From positions 406,914 to 470,913 of the forward strand of contig DHZH01000002.1 in the NCBI GenBank assembly GCA_002414385.1: 64,000 nt of DNA, in the 5' to 3' direction. Under the pieces are notes generated by a model. The model did no database searches. It was not told the DNA's origin and saw only the letters and a program-made list of their open reading frames with translations. Positions 39,506 to 47,819 of the stretch are shown here, piece after piece. The DNA comes from Gammaproteobacteria bacterium UBA5109 (GTDB taxonomy: Bacteria; Pseudomonadota; Gammaproteobacteria; Pseudomonadales; Pseudohongiellaceae). Within the stretch, counting starts at the first letter, position 1, and each line of letters starts with the position of its first letter. A program made the translations under genes and the position numbers.

Positions 39506-41242
39506 TTGATTGGCCAGAAGAAGCAGCTAATGGCAGTTCTTGATAAGTGTTCTATCACTTGTTTTAGCCATATTGGGAACCGCGAAGAAAATCAGGATCG
39601 ATTTTGCGTTTTGCAGCATCCGCAAGGTAAGGCCATATTGTGCCTGGTTGCCGATGGTATGGGTGGTCACCGTGGCGGCGCACTGGCAGCACAGACTATT
39701 GTCGAGACCGCTGAAGCCCAGTGGCAGGAACACATTTCAGCAGACAGCCTTGATAATGATGCAGTCGAAGCATTCCTCAATCAGCTGATTACTGAAAGCC
39801 ACCAGGCAGTAAAAATGGCTGGTTTGGCTGAGGAAATTGAGCCCCGTTCCACAGTCGTTGCCCTTTACCTCTTTCATGACAAAGGCAGCATGCATGCCAT
39901 CTCCATTCATGCCGGAGACAGCCGTGCCGTGCAGTATTCTTCTTCTGGAAAAATAACCAGAACCATTGATCACTCCATGGCGCAGCTGAAAGTACTGCAA
40001 GGCAAAATAAGTGAAGAAGAAATGGCAACTGACCCTGATCAGGGCACTGTAATTTCAAATATTGGTGGTGAAGACGAGCCTGAGTCGGAAATTACTCACT
40101 GGAACCTGCAGCAGGGCAATTGTTTTACCATCTGCAGTGATGGCTTCTGGGAAATCTTTACTGATGAAGAAGTACTGGAATTATTTTCTCAGTTGCCGGA
40201 AGACAGAGAGATACAGCTGGAAAAAATATTTATCGAAAAAATCAAACAACTTCCCAAGCATGACAACACAACGGTTATAATGCTTGAAATTCCCGATAGC
40301 AAACCCGATAACAAAAAGGGTCCTTCCATGAGTGATACTGATAAACCTGATTCATCCACGCCGGATGTAGAAGATCCGGTAACCAATCCCGGCAAGACGG
40401 CGCCTGCCCCTGAGTCAGCCCCGCTTGGACAGGATGATGTTGCTGTCGGTACGGGCAACAATAACAAGAAACTGATTATCGGTATTGGCGTGGTAATCAT
40501 AGTCATTGCCCTGTTATTTGTGACACGTGGCGGCCAGGAGTCGGACGGGGAAAATGCTGGAGAAAATAGCGATGCGGGACAGGTAGCACAGGAGCAGGTG
40601 CCGGCTCCTGCACAGGAAGGGACAGAAGGGGCTGGTGAAGGAGAAGCAAATACTGAAGGAGGGGATGCTCCTGCACAGCCGGATGAAGTTGTGGCTGGTA
40701 ACGATGAGGGTGCAGCCGGCCAGGACAGGGTGCTTGACTCCCTGGAACTGGATACCGACATTTCGGTCAGCAGTGATGAAGAATTGGTCGCAGAAGTAAC
40801 CGATTTACTGGTGCTTACCGGCAGCCTTGGTCCGGATGATGCGTTGACGATCAGCAGTGAAGCCGAAGCCGGAGGCAACCGGATAATCCGTATGCAGCAA
40901 AGACATCAGGGCATCCCGGTGTTCGGCGGTGAGGTAATCGCTGTGGAAAACAATGGCAATGTCTTTAATGTCAGCGGCTCTACAGGTGCTGATATTGAAA
41001 TAGATGTCGAACCGGCCCTTACTTACGAACAGGCTCTGGAGATAGCCGGGGCGGCGCTGAACCAGGCACTTGGTTCCAGAAATGAAGACGCAGCACAACT
41101 GCTGATACTTGAAGTTGAAGATAATTATCATTTGGCCTGGTATAGCGTTCTGCTGATTGATGGCAGGGAAGAAAGGGTGTTTCTGGATGCCAATGATGGA
41201 TCGGTACTGTTACGACTGCCTACAGTGATAGGAGAGGCCTGA
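39506..41242 (+). CDS. PP2C Ser/Thr phosphatase, then TM, acidic linker and extracytoplasmic FTP/PepSY (M4-propeptide-like) domain
   Basis: 578 aa with a TTG start at 39506 and an alternative ATG at 39530. PP2C motifs are GNREENQDRFCV, LVADGMGGHRGGALAA, ICSDGFWE and HDNTTVIML. The TM is LIIGIGVVIIVIALLFV (aa 323-339, nt 40472..40522), followed by a D/E/G/A-rich linker. The FTP-like region reads RIIRMQQRHQGIPVFGGEVIAV. The PepSY-like region reads LTYEQALEIAGAAL...YHLAWYSVLLIDGREERVFLDANDGSVL (about 40838..41215). Confidence 0.85.
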   Translation: MIGQKKQLMAVLDKCSITCFSHIGNREENQDRFCVLQHPQGKAILCLVADGMGGHRGGALAAQTIVETAEAQWQEHISADSLDNDAVEAFLNQLITESHQAVKMAGLAEEIEPRSTVVALYLFHDKGSMHAISIHAGDSRAVQYSSSGKITRTIDHSMAQLKVLQGKISEEEMATDPDQGTVISNIGGEDEPESEITHWNLQQGNCFTICSDGFWEIFTDEEVLELFSQLPEDREIQLEKIFIEKIKQLPKHDNTTVIMLEIPDSKPDNKKGPSMSDTDKPDSSTPDVEDPVTNPGKTAPAPESAPLGQDDVAVGTGNNNKKLIIGIGVVIIVIALLFVTRGGQESDGENAGENSDAGQVAQEQVPAPAQEGTEGAGEGEANTEGGDAPAQPDEVVAGNDEGAAGQDRVLDSLELDTDISVSSDEELVAEVTDLLVLTGSLGPDDALTISSEAEAGGNRIIRMQQRHQGIPVFGGEVIAVENNGNVFNVSGSTGADIEIDVEPALTYEQALEIAGAALNQALGSRNEDAAQLLILEVEDNYHLAWYSVLLIDGREERVFLDANDGSVLLRLPTVIGEA

Positions 41243-43503
41243 TGAAAAAAACTTTACTAAGCCTTCTGCTATTTGCCGGTACTTTCTCAATTGGCGGCAA
41301 TGTCTACCCACAGGATAGTGAAGTTTTTTTTGATGGATTTGGCGAGAATACCCGGACTTTTTCCAGTGATGAAGAAATTATTCAGTGGCTCAGCACTGAC
41401 CTGCATGCCGAGTTGAACCTTGGTCCCGCCGACGAGTTAATGCTCAGTGAACAGAGTGCGAGCATTAACAATTTCAGCATTCATACCGTCCAGCAAAACC
41501 ATCAGGGCTATCCTGTCGTAGGGTTTCAGTCGCGCCTGATTCTGGATGCCCAGGGGAATCAGCTTGCCTTGCTCGGCCAGCATCAGGCTTTTCCGGAAGA
41601 CACACCCAGTGAGGCCAGTGTAAGTATAGAAGATGCAATTACAGCATCAGGCTTGAGTGATACATCTTTCAGTTCTGATACACCGGTATATATGGTTGTT
41701 GATGATGAATTAAGACTGAGCTGGCAGCTGGAAGGTAATTCCGATGGTGCCTCTGGCGCCACACAGGAAAGAATTTTTGTTGATGCACTCAATGGTGAAG
41801 TGATCGCCAGCTATCCGATGGTTTATACCGCCTTGATTCGCGAAGTCGGTGATATGGAAGCTGCCTGCAGGGCAGCAGGTATCACATTTCCCCTGGATCC
41901 GCAGTCAGCATTTGAAATTGAGCTGATGGTTGAGGAAGAACAGTACCATCGAAGTGAAGGTGAAGCATCCAGCGGGGCGGGCCATGTAGATGAACTTTAC
42001 GATACTCTTGGGGATGCCTATGAGTTTATGAGCAGTGTGCTGGGCATGGACAGTCTTGATGACAATGGGCTGCGACTAAAAGCCATTGCCGGAGTTCATT
42101 ATTTTCAGGGTGACCCATGGAATCAGTGTGTCGGTGACTCATTTAATGCCATGTGGAGTTCGCAGTGGAACGAGCTGTACATTCCTGAAGTTGCCATTCC
42201 CTTTATTGAAGTCGTTGCACATGAACTGGCCCACGGCATTGTTTCCAATGGCAGTGACCTGGTTTATGAGTTTGAATCTGGAGCCATGGATGAAGCCATA
42301 TCTGATGCCATCGGTGTGTCCTTCAGGGCCTGGCGTGATGCCGGTGGCCGTATGGGGTCAAGTCCGACCAATATCCCGACCTATCCTGCACTCTGGGAGT
42401 TACGCTCTGATACCGGCCCGCTGCGCAGCATGAGCAACCCGAAAAGCGTCAACAGCGGCTTGCCTGGAGGTTACCCGGATCACTACAACCAGTTTTTTGA
42501 TTTATCCATTGAGGAAGATCAGGGTGGGGTGCATATCAATTCATCCATCATTAATCAGGCTTTTTATATTCTGGTTGAGGGTGGTCAGCACCCGCGCCTG
42601 GGTACTGGCCCGAACGTGCAGGGAATTGGGATCGCCAATGCCAGCCAGATTTTCGCACTGGCCGGATCCCAGTTGCTAACTCCTTTTGCTGATTTTCAGG
42701 CAGGCCGCAACGCCTTTGCCCTGGCTGCAGAAATTCTGCACGGTAAACATTCCGAGATCTGGATTGCAGTTCATGAAGCCATGGATGCAGTAGGAATTCC
42801 GGGAAGCTGGCAACGACAGCCCCCCACACCACCACCGGTAATTCTGCCGACTCCGGTTCCGCAACCTGATCCGGCACCACCGTCGGCCCCTGATCCGGCT
42901 CCTGCTCCTGATACTCAGGCTCCGGATCCCGGCCCGGTTTCAACACCGGCACCGGGAAACCCACCACTGCCCAGTGAACCGCTTGTGCTAGAGAATAACA
43001 ATGCCCTGTATATAGGCCTGGGTATCGGATTCCTGGTCATTGCTTTCTTTGTCCTGAGCCGTTTACGTCCCCAATACAGTGCAAACGCGCCGGAATACCG
43101 GCGGGCATCAGCAGAACCGGCGCGACCGACACCTGCAACAGCTCCTGAACCACGGCTCAATCAGCAACAGATTGCAGTCAGCAGGGGAGCCAGTCTTGGC
43201 AAACTGGTCGGTTCCGGCACCAGTGCATCCATAGCGCTTGATGACTCATTACTGGCTTCACGTGAAGGACTGGTGATTGGTCGTTCGGCAAAACTGAACC
43301 ATGTTATTCTGGATGATTCCAGGGTTTCCCGACGGCACGCCCGCTTGCGCAAGGAAGGCCACCTGATTGTGCTTGAAGATCTGAATTCGACTCATGGCAC
43401 TGCAGTTAATGGCAAGAAGCTGCAGCCGTTTTCACAGGAAGTCATCCGGCAGGGTGACAGTGTGGAAATAGCTGGCATTAGATTTACCTGTGATCTGAGC
43501 TAA
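41242..43503 (+). CDS. Membrane-anchored M4 (thermolysin-family) metalloprotease with its own FTP/PepSY propeptide, Pro-rich linker, TM and cytoplasmic FHA
   Basis: 753 aa. The ATG overlaps the upstream stop (TGATG), and a signal peptide is present. The propeptide shows FSIHTVQQNHQGYPVVGF and LRLSWQL...IFVDALNGEVI. The zinc site is VVAHELAHGIV (HELAH at nt 42220..42234) plus ESGAMDEAISDAIG. GGVHINSSIINQAFYIL is close to thermolysin as I recall it. Then come the PPTPPPVILPTPVPQPDPAPP linker and the TM ALYIGLGIGFLVIAFFVLS (~43003..43062). The FHA reads LVIGRSAKLNHVILDDSRVSRRHARLRKEGHLIVLEDLNSTHGTAVNGKKL (~43265..43490). Confidence 0.9.
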   Translation: MKKTLLSLLLFAGTFSIGGNVYPQDSEVFFDGFGENTRTFSSDEEIIQWLSTDLHAELNLGPADELMLSEQSASINNFSIHTVQQNHQGYPVVGFQSRLILDAQGNQLALLGQHQAFPEDTPSEASVSIEDAITASGLSDTSFSSDTPVYMVVDDELRLSWQLEGNSDGASGATQERIFVDALNGEVIASYPMVYTALIREVGDMEAACRAAGITFPLDPQSAFEIELMVEEEQYHRSEGEASSGAGHVDELYDTLGDAYEFMSSVLGMDSLDDNGLRLKAIAGVHYFQGDPWNQCVGDSFNAMWSSQWNELYIPEVAIPFIEVVAHELAHGIVSNGSDLVYEFESGAMDEAISDAIGVSFRAWRDAGGRMGSSPTNIPTYPALWELRSDTGPLRSMSNPKSVNSGLPGGYPDHYNQFFDLSIEEDQGGVHINSSIINQAFYILVEGGQHPRLGTGPNVQGIGIANASQIFALAGSQLLTPFADFQAGRNAFALAAEILHGKHSEIWIAVHEAMDAVGIPGSWQRQPPTPPPVILPTPVPQPDPAPPSAPDPAPAPDTQAPDPGPVSTPAPGNPPLPSEPLVLENNNALYIGLGIGFLVIAFFVLSRLRPQYSANAPEYRRASAEPARPTPATAPEPRLNQQQIAVSRGASLGKLVGSGTSASIALDDSLLASREGLVIGRSAKLNHVILDDSRVSRRHARLRKEGHLIVLEDLNSTHGTAVNGKKLQPFSQEVIRQGDSVEIAGIRFTCDLS

Positions 43504-43566
43504 ACCCAGGTTTAAAATCCGGTATCACTCAGGCGATGCCAACAAATATTAAAATAAGGAAAGTAT

Positions 43567-44739
43567 ATGAGTGATACAAAGACTGCACGTAAATATCAGC
43601 ATTTTTCAATTTTCCTGCTGCTGGCACTTGCTGTCCTGGTTTTTTATATTGCCTTCATGCAAAGCACCGGTTCCGGTCTGGACTTTGGTGATGATAGTGG
43701 GGCACTTGCCATAAACGGTTCCTGTGAAGATATCCGTTTCCGTGGTCCGGGAATGGGAGATATGTCAGATGAGACTGGCAGCCTGAATGACGCCACTGAC
43801 TGCAGTACTTTATTTACCGAAGGGTCCATTTTTCTGGGCAGTGATGCCGCAGCCCTGGCATTGACTGCCATTAATTTTGGTGATGATGCGGGAACCTGGC
43901 CGGTTGATGGTGAGTGTGATGATCCACGCTTTGAAGGGGCCGGTGTTTCATTCAGTGCCGATAGCGACGAGATCATGCATGATGCAACTGACTGTCGCAA
44001 TTTGATGTTTCAGGGGCAGATTGCCTTCACCGGTGAACCGGAAGAATATATTCGTGACGGTATCGACTTTGGTGATAATTTCGGTACCTACGCTAATGAC
44101 AATGAATGCGATGATACCCGCTTCACCGGACCGGGGATGGCCGATGAAAGCACCTTCGAAGTCAGCAATATTCGCCATGATGCTGCAGACTGTTTAGCGC
44201 TTTATGATGAAGGCATGGTGGTATTGCAGGAAATGCAGATTATTGACGGTATAAATTTCGGAGATGACCAGGGGTCCTGGGCTAATGATGCTGAATGTGA
44301 TGATCCACGTTTTACTGGTGGAGGCACAGCGGAAACCCTGCTACAAGAAGATGCGATGCATGATGCAAGTGATTGTCGCAGTCTTTATCTGGCAGGGGGG
44401 ATAAGCTATATCGGCAACCCGGAAAACAGAATAATCGAAACCGGGGCGCTGGAAGTTACAGATGATCAAATAGAATCTGACAAGTACGTGGACGCCTATT
44501 CGTTTACAGGCACCCAGAATCAGCGGGTGGCTTTTGATCTGGTGTCCGATGAGTTTGATACTTATCTGATTGTCACTTCTCCGTCCGGAGAAGTTTTCGA
44601 GAATGACGATTTCGAGAGTGATACATCGCGTTCACTGATTTCAATGAGCCTGCCGGAAAGCGGCACCTATGCAATTCAGGTGACCAGCTACTCAAGCGAG
44701 TCATTCGGCACCTATACCCTGGAGATTAATGCTGAATAG
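43567..44739 (+). CDS. N-terminally anchored protein with four Cys/Asp-rich ~55-aa repeats and a C-terminal PPC-like domain
   Basis: 390 aa with the TM FSIFLLLALAVLVFYIAFM. Four repeats fit (L/I)(D/N)FGDD.G.W..D.ECDD.RF.G.G...(H/N)DA.DC..L (about 43678..44427). The C-terminal module (44428..44736) reads DAYSFTGTQNQRVAFDL...DTYLIVTSPSGEVFENDD...GTYAIQVTSY...GTYTLEI. Confidence 0.75.
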   Translation: MSDTKTARKYQHFSIFLLLALAVLVFYIAFMQSTGSGLDFGDDSGALAINGSCEDIRFRGPGMGDMSDETGSLNDATDCSTLFTEGSIFLGSDAAALALTAINFGDDAGTWPVDGECDDPRFEGAGVSFSADSDEIMHDATDCRNLMFQGQIAFTGEPEEYIRDGIDFGDNFGTYANDNECDDTRFTGPGMADESTFEVSNIRHDAADCLALYDEGMVVLQEMQIIDGINFGDDQGSWANDAECDDPRFTGGGTAETLLQEDAMHDASDCRSLYLAGGISYIGNPENRIIETGALEVTDDQIESDKYVDAYSFTGTQNQRVAFDLVSDEFDTYLIVTSPSGEVFENDDFESDTSRSLISMSLPESGTYAIQVTSYSSESFGTYTLEINAE

Positions 44740-44745
44740 GGTCAT

Positions 44746-44768
44746 CCCGGCCGGGGTGTGCAGCCGGG
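44746..44768. terminator. GC-rich inverted repeat between convergent genes; possible weak terminator
   Basis: CCCGGC-cggggtgtgca-GCCGGG sits in the 39-nt gap between the island's last plus-strand gene and korB. No T-run follows. Confidence 0.3.
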
Positions 44769-44778
44769 GAAGTCAGTT

Positions 44779-45795
44779 TCAGGCGACTTCCCAGGTATGC
44801 CCGCTGCGTAGCAGTGAATTGATATCGCCGTTGCCCCTGGCTTCCTTAACTTTAATACGCTGGTCAAACAGCGCATCGATATAGGCAGCTTTGGGCTGAT
44901 AATAAAGTACCCCGACAGCTACAGGGAAATCCTTACCACCCATTGCCGCTAGCAGATGAGCCTGTGCCTTGTTGCTTTCATCATGAACCAGCACTTCTTC
45001 CAGCGGGCAATCCTCACCGATAGTAACAACTTCCAGCGTAAGGTTTTCCCGGTTCAGGCGGATACCTTTATTGCTTTCCTTGCCAAAAACCAGTGGTTTC
45101 CCGTGTTCCACTTCAACCCGGAAGTCTGCTGCAATTTTCTTGTCCTTTACAGATTCAAAAATACCGTCATTGTAGATTGGGCAGTTCTGTAAAATTTCGA
45201 CAAAGGATGCACCCTTATGTTCATAGGCGCGGGTTATCACGGCGCTGAGATGTTTCATTTCTGTATCAATGGAGCGCGCAATAAAAGGTGCACCTGACCC
45301 TAATGCAATCCCGCAGGGGGACAGAGGTTCGTCAACTGATCCTTCCGGTGTTGAGGGTGAGCGTGTCCCGACTTTGGACGTCGGGGAATACTGCCCCTTG
45401 GTAAGACCATAGATCTCATTGTTGAACAACAGCATGGTCAAATCGACATTCCGACGCAGGGCATGCATGGTGTGATTGCCGCCAATACTCAGGGCATCGC
45501 CGTCTCCAGTAATAACCCATACGTCGAGTTCTGGATTGGCAAGTTTCACACCGGTGGCAATTGAAGGTGCGCGACCATGAATAGTATGGAAGCCGTAGGT
45601 GTTCATGTAATACGGGAAGCGCGATGAACAGCCAATGCCTGAGACAAATACCTGGTTCTCTTTTGGCTGGTCCAGTTCCGGCATCAGCTTCTGAATTGTT
45701 TTCAGAATGGCATAATCACCGCAACCCGGGCACCAACGAACTTCCTGGTCAGAGCTGTAGTCCTTAATAGTAAGTTTTTCGACTGCCTGGTTCAT
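44779..45795 (-). CDS. korB: 2-oxoglutarate/2-oxoacid:ferredoxin oxidoreductase beta subunit (TPP-binding)
   Basis: 338 aa. Motifs are RWCPGCGDYAIL, the TPP-binding GIGCSSRFPYY, and GDGDALSIGGNH. Confidence 0.88.
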   Translation of the reverse strand: MNQAVEKLTIKDYSSDQEVRWCPGCGDYAILKTIQKLMPELDQPKENQVFVSGIGCSSRFPYYMNTYGFHTIHGRAPSIATGVKLANPELDVWVITGDGDALSIGGNHTMHALRRNVDLTMLLFNNEIYGLTKGQYSPTSKVGTRSPSTPEGSVDEPLSPCGIALGSGAPFIARSIDTEMKHLSAVITRAYEHKGASFVEILQNCPIYNDGIFESVKDKKIAADFRVEVEHGKPLVFGKESNKGIRLNRENLTLEVVTIGEDCPLEEVLVHDESNKAQAHLLAAMGGKDFPVAVGVLYYQPKAAYIDALFDQRIKVKEARGNGDINSLLRSGHTWEVA

Positions 45796-45819
45796 AATTT
45801 GCTCCGCAGTTTTGCTGCT

Positions 45820-47658
45820 CTATTCAAGCTCAGCCTTGATCGCATGAACAATTTCATTAATTTTAAACGGTTGACCGGAAACTTTGTTACAGCCGTGAGC
45901 ATCAATCAGATATTCTGATCGTAATACTTTTACCAGTTGCCCGGTATTCATTTCTGGCACCAGTACTTTGTCATATCCTGATAACAGTTCTTTCAGGTTA
46001 GCGGGTAATGGCCACAGATGTCTAATATGTATATGGGCAACGTCCAGTCCTTCTTTAAGACAACGTTTCACGCCCTGATGAATCGCGCCATAGGTGGACC
46101 CCCATCCGACTACTGCCAGTTTGCCGCTGTTATTGCCCATGGCGACTTCCTGCAGGGGAATATCGTCGGCGATATTGTCGATTTTGGCCTTACGGGTATC
46201 AGTCATTTTCTGATGGTTGTCCGGATCATACGAGATGTCACCGGTCTCATAACTTTTCTCGATACCTCCCACACGATGCTCCAGGCCTGCTGTACCGGGT
46301 TTGGCCCAGATACGCGCCAGTGTTTCGGCATCGCGCAATGAAGGTGAGAAGCCTTCCGGCTGATCATGGAACTTGACCGGGAAAGGCTGGTAATCATTGA
46401 TATCCGGAATTAGCCAGGGTTCGGAAGCATTGGCGATATAACCGTCTGACAACAGCATCACCGGTGTCATGTATTTGGTGGCCAAGCGCACTGCTTCAAT
46501 AGCAGTATCAAAACAGTCACCGGGGTGACTGGAGGCAATAACCGGTACCGGAGTGTCGCCGTGACGGCCATATACGGCCTGCAGGAGGTCGGACTGTTCA
46601 GTCTTGGTGGGTAAGCCGGTTGAAGGCCCGCCGCGCTGAGTATTGACAACAACCAGTGGTAACTCGGCAGAAACCGCCAGCGAAATGGCCTCCATTTTCA
46701 GGGCGATACCCGGACCGGCACTTGAGGTCACCCCCAGAGAACCGGCAAAGGAAGCACCAACAGCGGCACAGACAGCAGCAATTTCATCTTCAGCCTGAAA
46801 GGTAAGGACATCAAACTCCTTGCGTGCCGCCAGTGTGTGCAGAAGATTGGAAGCCGGAGTTATCGGATAGGATGCAAACAGAATCGGTAAACCTGCAAGC
46901 TGGCCGCCGGCGAGCAGCCCCCAGGCCAGGGCAGTGGTACCATTCATATTGCGGTAGGTACCCGGTTTCTGTTCAGCTTTCGGTATTTTATAAACTTCAA
47001 TACCACTGGGCAGCTCTGCTGTTTCAGCAAATGCATACCCGGCATTCAAGGCGGCAATGTTGGCACCGGCAATTTCCGGACGACTGGCAAATTTGCTTTG
47101 CAGCATGTCGATAGTGCTCTGCTTTTCCCGGTCGAAAAGCCAGAACATCAGACCGAGCGTCCACATGTTTTTACAGCGTAATGCCATTTTGTGGCCAAGC
47201 TCGAACTCTTCTACGGCAGCAATAACCTGTGAAGAAATATCTATCGACAGAAGCTTGTAGCCATCCAGTGAACCATCTTCAAGCGGATTACTGTTGTATT
47301 TGGCCTTGGCAAGATTTTTGGCATTAAAGGCGCCGCTATCGACAATAATCAATCCACCCTGTACCAGGTTTTTAAGATTGGTTATCAGTGCAGCGGGATT
47401 CATTGCTACCAGCACTTCAACGGCATCACCGGCAGTGGTGACATCTTCGGAGCCAAAATATATCTGAAAAGCGGAAACCCCAAAAGTTGCGCCCGCAGGA
47501 GCGCGAATTTCGGCGGGGAAATCCGGAAATGTTGAAAGATCGTTGCCGTGCAATGCTGTGGCCAGGGTGAAGTTGGTTCCGGTCAGCTGCATGCCATCAC
47601 CGGAGTCACCGGCAAAGCGAACTACGATACTTTGATGTTGTTCAGTCTCTACAGACAT
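45820..47658 (-). CDS. korA: 2-oxoglutarate/2-oxoacid:ferredoxin oxidoreductase alpha subunit
   Basis: 612 aa fused gamma/alpha-type subunit (VVRFAGDSGDGMQLTG ... ASYPITPAS ... QRGGPSTGLPTKTEQSDL). It sits directly upstream of korB. Confidence 0.88.
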   Translation of the reverse strand: MSVETEQHQSIVVRFAGDSGDGMQLTGTNFTLATALHGNDLSTFPDFPAEIRAPAGATFGVSAFQIYFGSEDVTTAGDAVEVLVAMNPAALITNLKNLVQGGLIIVDSGAFNAKNLAKAKYNSNPLEDGSLDGYKLLSIDISSQVIAAVEEFELGHKMALRCKNMWTLGLMFWLFDREKQSTIDMLQSKFASRPEIAGANIAALNAGYAFAETAELPSGIEVYKIPKAEQKPGTYRNMNGTTALAWGLLAGGQLAGLPILFASYPITPASNLLHTLAARKEFDVLTFQAEDEIAAVCAAVGASFAGSLGVTSSAGPGIALKMEAISLAVSAELPLVVVNTQRGGPSTGLPTKTEQSDLLQAVYGRHGDTPVPVIASSHPGDCFDTAIEAVRLATKYMTPVMLLSDGYIANASEPWLIPDINDYQPFPVKFHDQPEGFSPSLRDAETLARIWAKPGTAGLEHRVGGIEKSYETGDISYDPDNHQKMTDTRKAKIDNIADDIPLQEVAMGNNSGKLAVVGWGSTYGAIHQGVKRCLKEGLDVAHIHIRHLWPLPANLKELLSGYDKVLVPEMNTGQLVKVLRSEYLIDAHGCNKVSGQPFKINEIVHAIKAELE

Positions 47659-47819
47659 ATTTGCTTGTCTCAGTCAGTACCATTCAACCAGACTCCATTG
47701 AGGAATCAGCCTGTCAGCCTACTTACTCTTTAAGGAAGTCAGACTCAGCTAGTCTGGACCAGTCTGGATAGGAGCGGGAAAAACAGGGGGCGCATTATAA
47801 CAATCTCGGGGGAAATATT

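Noticed and set aside
30679-44739. Interpreting the STK/PP2C/FHA genes as the T6SS threonine-phosphorylation pathway, or the island as a mobile element
   Set aside because: No TssA-M, Hcp, VgrG or TagQRST-like genes occur in the window. I found no integrase, transposase, tRNA attachment site or flanking direct repeats. I did not see an obvious compositional break by eye, though this was not computed.
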